Below are positions 16,025 through 23,894 of a stretch of DNA of 41,976 nt, piece by piece. Within the stretch, counting starts at the first letter, position 1, and every line of letters starts with the position of its first letter. Under the pieces are notes generated by a model, which was given only the letters and a program-made list of their open reading frames with translations, made no database searches and was not told the origin of the DNA. Location: contig CAYHXN010000004.1 of NCBI GenBank assembly GCA_964360605.1, positions 1-41,976 on the forward strand, written 5' to 3'. The translations under genes and the position numbers were made by a program. Source of the DNA: an uncultured Candidatus Saccharibacteria bacterium (GTDB lineage: Bacteria > Patescibacteriota > Minisyncoccia > UBA6257 > WO2-44-18).

Positions 16025-18154
16025 TTATAAGTATGCTTTCAAAACTTCTTTCGCAATAAGAAGCAGTTGAACTTCGCTGGTTCCTTCAAAAATGCGGTTT
16101 ACCCGAGAATCTCGGTAAAGACGGGCAATTTTGTATTCTTCAATATATCCGGACCCGCCGTGAATTTGTAAGGACAAATCAATTGCTTCGTCTAAAAGTT
16201 CTGCGGAAACATATTTAACGATTGCCGCTTCTTTTCTGACATCGCGTCCGGTTTCGTAAAGGGCGGCTGTCTGGTAAACAAGCGTCGCAAGTTGGTATCT
16301 TATTGTTTCAATTCTTGCCAGATAGTTTTGTATTCCCTGCTTCATATAAAGCGCTTCTCCAAAAACCTGCCGGTCTTTCGCAAACTTCAATGCTTCATCC
16401 AAAGCGGCCCGAACGGCTCCGATACATCCAGCTCCCAGACTAATTCGCGACTGATTAAAAACATTCATCGCTATTTTAAATCCCTGCCCCGCTTGACCAA
16501 GCAAATTCTCATCTGGCACAAAAATATCGGACATGGCAAATGAACTGGTGCAGGAAGCATGCAGACCTATTTTTTCTTCCGTCACTTTGGTTATTTCAAA
16601 TCCCGACGTCTTGGTATCCACAATAAAGGCGGAAAGGCCGTTGTGGCCTCCGAACTCATCCGTTTTCACAAACACGATGATAAAGTCTGCAACCGCGCCA
16701 TTGCTGATAAATTGCTTGTTCCCGTCAATCCGCCAACCTCCGGCGACTTTTTTAGCCAGAGACTGAATTCCCGCGATGTCCGAACCAATGTTCGGTTCAG
16801 TAGTCGCGTAAGCGCCGATTTTTTCTCCTTTAATGGCCGGAACTAAATACCGCTGTTTTTGGTCTTCATTTCCAAATAGATATACGGTCGCGGCCGCTAG
16901 ACTAACATGCGCCCCGACGAAAACTGATGTTGAGCCGTGGCAGTAGGAAAGCTCTTCCATTAAAATACAGAATCCTGTTTTTCCTAAACCGATTCCTCCG
17001 TATTTTTCCGGAAACGGCACTCCGTAAAACCCCATTTTTGCCATTTCGGAAACTAGTTCCGGCAAAATCCGGCGCTCCTTTTCCATTTGAGCGATTTTGG
17101 GGTTAATTTTTGTATCAGCAAAATCTCTCGCTAGTTCACGTAAAGATTGGCAATCTTCGCTTTCCCAGAACGGTGCCCAAATCTTTTTTTCTTCCTGTTT
17201 TAGGGCCGAACAAGACGGTCCGGTATTTTCGTTGACTAGAACCGGCGCTTGAATCGGACGGTTTTCTTGTCCAATAACGCCGCTGGGAAAATTTGCTTTG
17301 CGCTTGGTTAAAAAAGCCCTCAACCCTTCCTTGGCATCCTCTCCAAAGAGAAGGTCTAAAAAGATGCGTTGCTCCAGAATAAGAGCTTCATCAATGGGAA
17401 ATTTCGCGCCCTCATTGACGGCTTCCACAATCGCATTGACGGAAGAATTCGGTTTACCTTTTGCGAGCTCTGAACACTTCAGAACGTCCTCTTGGGTAAT
17501 TTTACTGAAAGTATTTCTGTCTACATTAACGGTTCTTAAAAAATTTTTGGCGCTGCTGAGAAGTTGGTCTCCAGCTAGCTCATCTACAAGGCCGATATTT
17601 TTGGCTGTTCGGGCGTTAACTTTTTTATCCAATCCGCTGAATAAAATTTCCAATGCCGCTTTGCCGCCAATCAGGCGCGGTAAACGCTGCGTCCCGCCAA
17701 GCCCAGGAATAATTCCTAAACCCACTTCCGGCAAGGCAAAAACCGCGTTTTTGCTGGCAATACGATATTGGCATGCGAGAGCCAGTTCAAACCCGCCGCC
17801 AAAACAAAATCCGTTTACAGCTATCGCGGTTTTCTTTTTACATTTTTCAACAGAAAGAAAAAACGCGTGGAGTCCGCTTAACGCTTCCTCGCCCTTTTTC
17901 CGGTCATCGGAAACAGCAAGCTGGTAAATTTCTTTTACATCAGCCCCTGCGGAAAAAACTATGGAGCCCTTCGCCGTAAATATTATGGATTGCACGGCCG
18001 AATTGTCCCTTAATTGAGAAAACTTCTCCTTCAGTTCCGTAAAAAGGTCAAAAGATAATTCGTTAACGGGAGGCTTATCTAGAGTAAGGATTCCGAATTC
18101 TTCGGAAATTTCCATCTTAACCAATTCCTTCTTCGCAGTCGTTGATTCAGACAT
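16025..18154 (-). CDS. Fused enoyl-CoA hydratase (crotonase) + acyl-CoA dehydrogenase
   Basis: N-terminal FSAGAD, GGGFELALAC, LPEVGLGIIPGLGGTQRL; C-terminal TEPNIGSD, GNKQFISNG, QIHGGSGY, RIFEGTSEVQ. Confidence 0.92.
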   Translation of the reverse strand: MSESTTAKKELVKMEISEEFGILTLDKPPVNELSFDLFTELKEKFSQLRDNSAVQSIIFTAKGSIVFSAGADVKEIYQLAVSDDRKKGEEALSGLHAFFLSVEKCKKKTAIAVNGFCFGGGFELALACQYRIASKNAVFALPEVGLGIIPGLGGTQRLPRLIGGKAALEILFSGLDKKVNARTAKNIGLVDELAGDQLLSSAKNFLRTVNVDRNTFSKITQEDVLKCSELAKGKPNSSVNAIVEAVNEGAKFPIDEALILEQRIFLDLLFGEDAKEGLRAFLTKRKANFPSGVIGQENRPIQAPVLVNENTGPSCSALKQEEKKIWAPFWESEDCQSLRELARDFADTKINPKIAQMEKERRILPELVSEMAKMGFYGVPFPEKYGGIGLGKTGFCILMEELSYCHGSTSVFVGAHVSLAAATVYLFGNEDQKQRYLVPAIKGEKIGAYATTEPNIGSDIAGIQSLAKKVAGGWRIDGNKQFISNGAVADFIIVFVKTDEFGGHNGLSAFIVDTKTSGFEITKVTEEKIGLHASCTSSFAMSDIFVPDENLLGQAGQGFKIAMNVFNQSRISLGAGCIGAVRAALDEALKFAKDRQVFGEALYMKQGIQNYLARIETIRYQLATLVYQTAALYETGRDVRKEAAIVKYVSAELLDEAIDLSLQIHGGSGYIEEYKIARLYRDSRVNRIFEGTSEVQLLLIAKEVLKAYL

Positions 18155-18183
18155 ATATTTCCCCTTTAAAAAAACTGAAAGTA

Positions 18184-18231
18184 TTTTAACAGATTTTTCA
18201 GAAAAATCAAAAGCCCCGCTGTTGGCGGGGT
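18184..18231 (-). promoter_or_regulatory. Terminator followed by promoter with an internal 17-bp palindrome
   Basis: Minus strand CCCCGC/GCGGGG hairpin plus T tract, then TTGATT-16-TAAAAT; palindrome GATTTTTC-A-GAAAAATC at 18192-18208. Confidence 0.55.
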
Positions 18232-18237
18232 TGAAAA

Positions 18238-19413
18238 TTATACCGGGAAACGGCCGTTGGTTTTAGCCATTTTTTCCAAAGCGACGCAGGGATTCTTTAA
18301 ACGCATAAGTATTTTGGAAAGTCCGGTTTCGTTCGCCCAAGCCAGCGGGCCGGATTTTGACATTGGAAACCCGATTCCAAGCAAACAGCCCTTTTCAATG
18401 TCTTCGGCCGAAGCCACGCCTTCTTCTAAGCATATCGCCGCTTCGTTCACTAAAGAGTTCATCTCGTCTTCAAAAACCTCTTTAGCCGAGTCAGCCGAAT
18501 TATCAGGTTCGCCTAGAACCGAAAGATTGTTCTTAATCAAGGATAGAACGGGTTCCGCTTCTTCCGCGTAAGAATAAAATCCGGACCCGCTCTTTTGGCC
18601 GCGCCGGCCTTTTTCCACCAGAAGTTTTAAAATTCGGGACGGTCTGAATTGGTCCGGATAAGCATCGCACAAAATTCCCATCACCTCCAAGCAAACATCC
18701 AAACCCAACGCGTCCATTAAAAGAAATGGTCCGGCCGGCCAGCCAAAGCTAGTCGCTTCTTTGTCAATCAATTCCGGCTTAATAAGTCTTTGCTCTAAAA
18801 TCGCCAGCGCCGGTTTGAGGTATGCCCCCAATAACCGGTTCATTAAGAATCCCGGGCAATCTTTGACCCGAATCGGCGATTTTTGTAAATCCATCTGAAC
18901 AAATTCTTCCGCCTCGGAAACCAGGTTCGGATTGGAAAATTCGGAAGAAATAATTTCCACTAATTGCATTCTAGTTGGCGGATTGAAAAAATGAATTCCC
19001 AAAAGCCGGCTTTTATTTTTTAAGCCCTTAGCGATTTCTTTAATAGGCAGCGAGGAAGTATTGGAAGAAAAGATCGCGTCTTCTGGCAACTGTTGTTCCA
19101 ATTCTGCAAAAATCCTTTGTTTCAAATCCAATTTTTCCGGCACTGCTTCAATTACTAAAAGCTCTGGTTCATCCAATCCGATAAAATCGTGCGTAACCCG
19201 CAAAAGAGATTTTTGCGTATTGGCTTCCTGTTCATCTATTTTGCCCGTAGTCAGAGCTCTATCAATGCCGGCATAAACTTTTTCTTTCGCTTTCTCCGCT
19301 AGCTCTTCATTAAGTTCTTTAATAACTGCCTGACGATTTACTTTAACAACAACTCTGGCAATATCCGCGCCCATTGTTCCGCCGCCAACCACCAAAACTT
19401 TGTTGATAGCCAT
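18238..19413 (-). CDS. 3-hydroxyacyl-CoA dehydrogenase (FadB-like duplicated C-terminal domain)
   Basis: VVGGGTMG, IEAVPE, SNTSS, GIHFFNPP, PGFLMNRLL; second helical repeat EAAICLEEGVAS...GIGFP. Confidence 0.92.
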   Translation of the reverse strand: MAINKVLVVGGGTMGADIARVVVKVNRQAVIKELNEELAEKAKEKVYAGIDRALTTGKIDEQEANTQKSLLRVTHDFIGLDEPELLVIEAVPEKLDLKQRIFAELEQQLPEDAIFSSNTSSLPIKEIAKGLKNKSRLLGIHFFNPPTRMQLVEIISSEFSNPNLVSEAEEFVQMDLQKSPIRVKDCPGFLMNRLLGAYLKPALAILEQRLIKPELIDKEATSFGWPAGPFLLMDALGLDVCLEVMGILCDAYPDQFRPSRILKLLVEKGRRGQKSGSGFYSYAEEAEPVLSLIKNNLSVLGEPDNSADSAKEVFEDEMNSLVNEAAICLEEGVASAEDIEKGCLLGIGFPMSKSGPLAWANETGLSKILMRLKNPCVALEKMAKTNGRFPV

Positions 19414-19440
19414 TTAAATGCCTCTCAAATATCCGGCTAA

Positions 19441-19491
19441 ATCATAAAGCAAAAAACGGGGCTGGTCAACAAAAAATCCCCCGAAGGGGAA
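19441..19491 (-). promoter_or_regulatory. Terminator followed by sigma70 promoter
   Basis: Minus strand TCCCC-TTCG-GGGGA-T6, then TTGACC-17-TATGAT. Confidence 0.6.
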
Positions 19492-19492
19492 A

Positions 19493-19530
19493 TTCATGCT
19501 TCATGCTTCATGCTTCATGCTTCATGCTTC
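19493..19530. repeat. Perfect tandem heptamer (TTCATGC) x5.4 across the thiolase stop codon
   Basis: Units start at 19493, 19500, 19507, 19514, 19521. Confidence 0.95.
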
Positions 19531-20710
19531 TTATTACCATCGCTCCTCCTTGTCCTCCGCCGATACACATAGAAACAACGCCGAGGTTTTTCTTTAAATC
19601 CTTAAGTATATAAATCAATTTCGTGGTCAGGATTGCACCGGTCGCGCCGACCGGATGTCCCATTGCTATTGCGCCGCCCCAAGGATTAATTTTTTCAAGA
19701 CCCACGCTGCCTAACGGACTATCTAGCTTCCTCTGGCAAGCCAAAACTTGGGCGGCGAATGCTTCGTTGATTTCAAAAAAATCAACATCCGTACGCGTGA
19801 TTCTGGCATTAGCTAAAGCGTGCGGAATCGCGTAAGCCGGGCCCATACCCATAAACGCTGGGTCGCACCCCTTAAATTCGTATCCGAGAATTTCCGCCTC
19901 CGGTTTGATTTTATAAAGTTCCGCCATTTCCATTGTCATTACAACCAATGCCGCCGCTCCATCAGAAGTCGGGCAACTGTTACCATAGTGAACCGAACCG
20001 CCTTTTTTGAAAAAATACTTTTTGGACGTCGCGGCAAGAACTTGGGCTTTTAAATTAGGAATAATACCTTCATCTTTAGCAATGATTGTCTCGCCAACCC
20101 GTATCGGAACGATTTGGGACTTAAACTTTCCTTCACGACTCGCACGAAATGCTTTTTGATGGGAACTCGCGGCAAACTCATCCTGGTCTTCACGGCTAAT
20201 TTCTTCTTTTTTAGCAAGGTCTTCTGTTAACTCCCCCATCGATTCTCCAAGAATCGGGTCTCTAAGCCCCTCCATTAAAGCGTCTACCAACTTAAGATCG
20301 CCGTACTTTTGCGCTTCTCGCGATTTTCGCAAAACCCGTGGAATATTAGACATGCTTTCCGTCCCGCCAACTAAAACCACCTTGGCGTCGCCGGCTTTAA
20401 TCATCTGGCAAGCCGAGACAATCGGCTGAAGACCCGTGCCGCAATTTCGCTGAACCGTAAACGCCGGAACTTCTTTAGGAATTCCGATTTTCAGCGCCGC
20501 TACTCGCGCGATATTAGGGGCATCCGATGATTGGGCGCATTGCCCGGCAATAACGTGATCGATCCGATTTAGGTCCGGTAAACCGCTACGCAGTAAGGTT
20601 TCCTTAAAACAAATCGTTAAAAGATCTAAAGCAGTAAAATCCTTGAGCTGTCCTCCCAGCTTTCCCATTGGCGTCCGGCAAGAACCGGCAATGACGATCT
20701 TTTCAGACAT
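19508..20710 (-). CDS. Acetyl-CoA C-acyltransferase (thiolase)
   Basis: VQRNCGTG (catalytic Cys), EINEAFAAQ, GHPVGATG, CIGGGQG. Confidence 0.95.
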   Translation of the reverse strand: MSEKIVIAGSCRTPMGKLGGQLKDFTALDLLTICFKETLLRSGLPDLNRIDHVIAGQCAQSSDAPNIARVAALKIGIPKEVPAFTVQRNCGTGLQPIVSACQMIKAGDAKVVLVGGTESMSNIPRVLRKSREAQKYGDLKLVDALMEGLRDPILGESMGELTEDLAKKEEISREDQDEFAASSHQKAFRASREGKFKSQIVPIRVGETIIAKDEGIIPNLKAQVLAATSKKYFFKKGGSVHYGNSCPTSDGAAALVVMTMEMAELYKIKPEAEILGYEFKGCDPAFMGMGPAYAIPHALANARITRTDVDFFEINEAFAAQVLACQRKLDSPLGSVGLEKINPWGGAIAMGHPVGATGAILTTKLIYILKDLKKNLGVVSMCIGGGQGGAMVIRSMKHEA

Positions 20711-20736
20711 TATTCACTAATCAAAAATCTGCTTAT

Positions 20737-20765
20737 ATCGTAAAACAAAACAATACTTATATCAA
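20737..20765 (-). promoter_or_regulatory. Putative thiolase promoter
   Basis: TTGATA-17-TACGAT, 26 nt upstream of the ATG. Confidence 0.5.
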
Positions 20766-20905
20766 CCATAAAGACTCAAAGGTTTTTAATGCTTAATGCT
20801 TAGTTCTTGGTTCTTAGTTATCGATTATTTTGTTATTTCTTATTTCTTATTTGTTCTTTCTCCTTTACCCCCCCCTTGTCCTTTACCCACTTTGTTCTTT
20901 GTCCT

Positions 20906-20945
20906 TTACCCACTTATTCCAGCCATGGCTGGAATAAGTGGGTAA
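20906..20945. repeat. Perfect 40-bp palindrome with adjacent direct repeats
   Basis: TTACCCACTTATTCCAGCCA|TGGCTGGAATAAGTGGGTAA; TTGTCCTTTACCCACTT is duplicated at 20876 and 20899. Confidence 0.9.
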
Positions 20946-20970
20946 GGAGAATTAAACTAAAAAATAACAG

Positions 20971-21522
20971 CTATGGGAGATGAAAACGCTGTTTAAGATG
21001 AAGTTCATTATCAATACGATTTGCAATAATATAACGCACAAACGGACGCAGGTTGTAGATTTCTATTATAAAATCAATTTCGTCTCTGCATTCGTGAGGA
21101 AAAATAAAAAGGCTTTTTTGAAATTGATAGAAACCTAATCTTTTTAAATGAAACCGAAGGGCTTCTCTTGCCTTTTTAAGCCGGTGAGGAATATCAAAAC
21201 AAACTAAACGCCATTTTTTATCCCAAATCTTTGGAACTGTAATTTTTAAGTCGTCTAATTTATAAACTAAGGTTTTTTGTTTACCCTCTTCATTTAAAAT
21301 GATACTAATAGTGCCGTCTTTCTTTTCTTTATAATCAATAAGTTTGCTTTTATACAAAGCGTTGATAGATTTTTGTAAAGCTTCTCTGTCTATTTTCTCC
21401 CACTCTTTGTGAAATAATCGCCAAGTTCGTCTACGTTGGCCGTAGGAATAAACAAAGCCCAAACTTAATCCTAGCGCTAACAGCAATAAAATTTTCTTTT
21501 GTACCGATCCTATTTTAAGCAT
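20971..21522 (-). CDS. PaaX-like transcriptional regulator (winged helix + Cas2-like ferredoxin-fold domain)
   Basis: WDKKWRLVCFDIP...REALRFHLKRLGFYQFQKSLFIFP; upstream wHTH-like segment SINALYKSKLI...ILNEEG. Confidence 0.8.
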   Translation of the reverse strand: MLKIGSVQKKILLLLALGLSLGFVYSYGQRRRTWRLFHKEWEKIDREALQKSINALYKSKLIDYKEKKDGTISIILNEEGKQKTLVYKLDDLKITVPKIWDKKWRLVCFDIPHRLKKAREALRFHLKRLGFYQFQKSLFIFPHECRDEIDFIIEIYNLRPFVRYIIANRIDNELHLKQRFHLP

Positions 21523-21566
21523 AGTTTTATCCTCACTATAAAATCATTATTACATCGTTATTCCTC

Positions 21567-21596
21567 CTTATTCTAGCCATGGCAAATATAAGTAGG
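21567..21596. promoter_or_regulatory. Degenerate copy of the 40-bp palindrome core, upstream of the PaaX-like gene
   Basis: CTTATTCTAGCCATGGCAAATATAAGTAGG matches CTTATTCCAGCCATGGCTGGAATAAGTGGG at 24 of 30 positions. Confidence 0.7.
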
Positions 21597-21627
21597 TTAA
21601 CGAATAAATTTGAACTTTTGAACTGTA

Positions 21628-21657
21628 GAAAACCACGGCCCTAAGGCCGTGGTTTTC
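21628..21657. terminator. Terminator-like hairpin
   Basis: GAAAACCACGGCC-CTAA-GGCCGTGGTTTTC. Confidence 0.65.
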
Positions 21658-21698
21658 GTTCGAAGTTCGGCACAAAAAAAGACAGCGAAAATGCTGTC

Positions 21699-22046
21699 TT
21701 ATCTTTTTTTATATTTTTCTAAAATCTCTTTCTTTAAATTTTCAAGTTCTTGCTTCGCACTTTCTTGCGTGTTTTCCATAGATCTGTCTGCTTCATGTAA
21801 AATTGTCTCTAAACTCTTAAAAGTTCCGTCTGGACGGCCAAACAAAATCAATTCGCCATAATTTCGGTCTGTAATCATAATATCGGGCAGAGAATCGCCA
21901 TTAACATCTTTTAAGATCGCAGTCCTTTTTTTGGCTTCCGCTTCCTCACGCTCTTTAAGAGTACTAGAAATAACTAATACAGCAATTACTCCGATTATTC
22001 CTACGACTGAGAAAGATGCTACAAAAATTTCCTTAGCTCTCGTCAT
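21699..22046 (-). CDS. Small membrane-anchored protein with DxNGDxxPD Ca-binding-like loop and coiled coil
   Basis: N-terminal TM helix, DVNGDSLPDI, charged C-terminal helix. Start at 22046 or 22082. Confidence 0.6.
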   Translation of the reverse strand: MTRAKEIFVASFSVVGIIGVIAVLVISSTLKEREEAEAKKRTAILKDVNGDSLPDIMITDRNYGELILFGRPDGTFKSLETILHEADRSMENTQESAKQELENLKKEILEKYKKR

Positions 22047-22130
22047 TACGATACCTGTCAAAAAACTGGCTTCATTATACAAAAAAGCCTATTTAATGCA
22101 AGAGGCGAAACTAATAATTTAGGGTGAGTA

Positions 22131-23849
22131 TTACGGCTCTATTATTGCGCGAGTTCTTCGCATTCCAGCCCCGACGGCTTCTTCTTTAAGAATCGTAAAC
22201 TTTCCGACTTCGCCGGTATGAGTAACGTGGGGACCGCCACAAAATTCTTTGGAAAAAGCGTCGTCCAGTGATTTCCCTATGTAATAAACTTTTACTCGCT
22301 CCGGATATTTTTCCTTAAAGAAATATAAAGCGCCGGTTTTTTCCGCTTCGGTTTTGGAGAGCTCCATAAAACCAACCGGCAAATCTTTTTGGATTACTTC
22401 GTTAACTAAGCTTTCAACTTTCCCTAATTCTTCTTTAGTAACTTTTCTTGGAAAATTAAAATCAAACCGAGTGCGCTCCACAGTAATGTCCGAACCGTTT
22501 TGACGCACTTCTGGACCAAGAATCTGACGGAGCGCGGCATGCATTAGATGGGTGGCGGTGTGAAGCCGCGTAACCTTGGCAAGCTCCGAAGGGTCTTTAA
22601 CGGTAACTTCGCCGGTTTTTAGATAAATTCCGTGGCCGCCGAACTTTTTTTCCGCTCCCGCTCGGGAAATTTCTTGATGTTTTGCAAATTCTTTATCAAA
22701 GTCATCGCGCTTTAATTTTTTTGCTTTTGCGCCGCCCATTTCTTTAATAGTTTCAAAAGGCAGGCCGAAACTTTCGTAAAGTTTGAAAGCGGCGATGGCG
22801 TCAATTTCGGAAAGTCGTTCTAATTCTTTTAAGCCCGTTTGCAAGGTTTTGGCGAATCTTTTTTCTTCTTCTTGAAAAATATCCAAAATAATCTTTGAAT
22901 CCAATGCTGGATAAACGCCGTCGTATTTTTCGGTGACTTCGCTTAATAAAGCGGAGATGGGGTGCGGATCATAAGCAATCAACCGACGTATCAGGCGACG
23001 GAGGACATAGCCAGCTTCTTTGTTGGATGGCCGGATACCGTCGGCAATAAGAAAAGCAATGCCTCGGGCATGATCGGCAAAAATCCGCTTTTTGCGCTCA
23101 TCTATTTCCTTTGGTAAAAGAGCAAATAATAGTAAGAACAAATCCGTTTCAAAAATCGTCGAGGTTTTTTGAACGGCCATTGCCAAACGCTCCAATCCCA
23201 TCCCCGTATCCACCCCTTGAATTGGAAGCGGTTCCAAAGACGAATTTGGTTTCTTGTAAAACTGATTAAAAACGATGTTCCAAATTTCAACGCCGTTTAC
23301 ATAAATCTCAGTAGTTGGGCCGCACGGACCTTCACTGCCGGTGGGACCCCAAAAATTGTCCGCGCCTTCGCGGCGGATTTCCACATCGGGAGCGATTTTT
23401 TTCCAAATATCGTAAGATTTTTTGTCAAAAAGTACGCCTTTTCGCCAATCGCCTGCCGAAATTTTTTCTGGATCAAAAACGGTAACATAATCAATTTCTA
23501 ATTTCATTACCTTAGTTATGAATTCATGGGCATATTCAATGGCTTCTTTTTTCCAGTAACCACCAAAGCTGAAATTACCGAGCATTTCAAAAAAAGTGAG
23601 GTGGCTTTCATCTCCAACTTCATCAATATCAGAGGTTCGAAAACATTTCTGGACGGAAGCGATGTTTTGAGCGCCGAAATCTTTTTCAGCGTCCAATGCT
23701 CCGGTGAAATATTTTTTAAACTGCTGCATTCCGGCAGTCGTTAAAAGTACCGAGGGGTCGTCGGGTAAAAGCGAGGAAGAAGGCACGATGGCGTGTCCTT
23801 TACCTTTAAAAAACGAAAGGAAAGATTTACGAATCTCGTCAGCAGACAT
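22131..23849 (-). CDS. alaS: Alanyl-tRNA synthetase (lacks C-Ala domain)
   Basis: AGMQQFK, HLTFFEMLGNFSFG, DTGMGLER, HTATHL, EFCGGPH; 572 aa. Confidence 0.96.
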   Translation of the reverse strand: MSADEIRKSFLSFFKGKGHAIVPSSSLLPDDPSVLLTTAGMQQFKKYFTGALDAEKDFGAQNIASVQKCFRTSDIDEVGDESHLTFFEMLGNFSFGGYWKKEAIEYAHEFITKVMKLEIDYVTVFDPEKISAGDWRKGVLFDKKSYDIWKKIAPDVEIRREGADNFWGPTGSEGPCGPTTEIYVNGVEIWNIVFNQFYKKPNSSLEPLPIQGVDTGMGLERLAMAVQKTSTIFETDLFLLLFALLPKEIDERKKRIFADHARGIAFLIADGIRPSNKEAGYVLRRLIRRLIAYDPHPISALLSEVTEKYDGVYPALDSKIILDIFQEEEKRFAKTLQTGLKELERLSEIDAIAAFKLYESFGLPFETIKEMGGAKAKKLKRDDFDKEFAKHQEISRAGAEKKFGGHGIYLKTGEVTVKDPSELAKVTRLHTATHLMHAALRQILGPEVRQNGSDITVERTRFDFNFPRKVTKEELGKVESLVNEVIQKDLPVGFMELSKTEAEKTGALYFFKEKYPERVKVYYIGKSLDDAFSKEFCGGPHVTHTGEVGKFTILKEEAVGAGMRRTRAIIEP

Positions 23850-23894
23850 TTAAACCTAGTTTACACCGCAATTTCTTATCCGTAAATTCTAACG

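Noticed and set aside
17298-17927. 209-aa plus-strand ORF and the many other antisense ORFs in the track
   Set aside because: These are shadow ORFs opposite well-supported genes, with no motifs.
20971-21522. CRISPR Cas2 / CRISPR locus
   Set aside because: The Cas2-like domain follows a wHTH as in PaaX. There is no cas1 and no repeat-spacer array in the window.
22131-23849. alaS (and proS) as pseudogenes because they are short
   Set aside because: Catalytic motifs are intact and the ends are clean. Loss of the C-Ala and INS domains fits genome streamlining.
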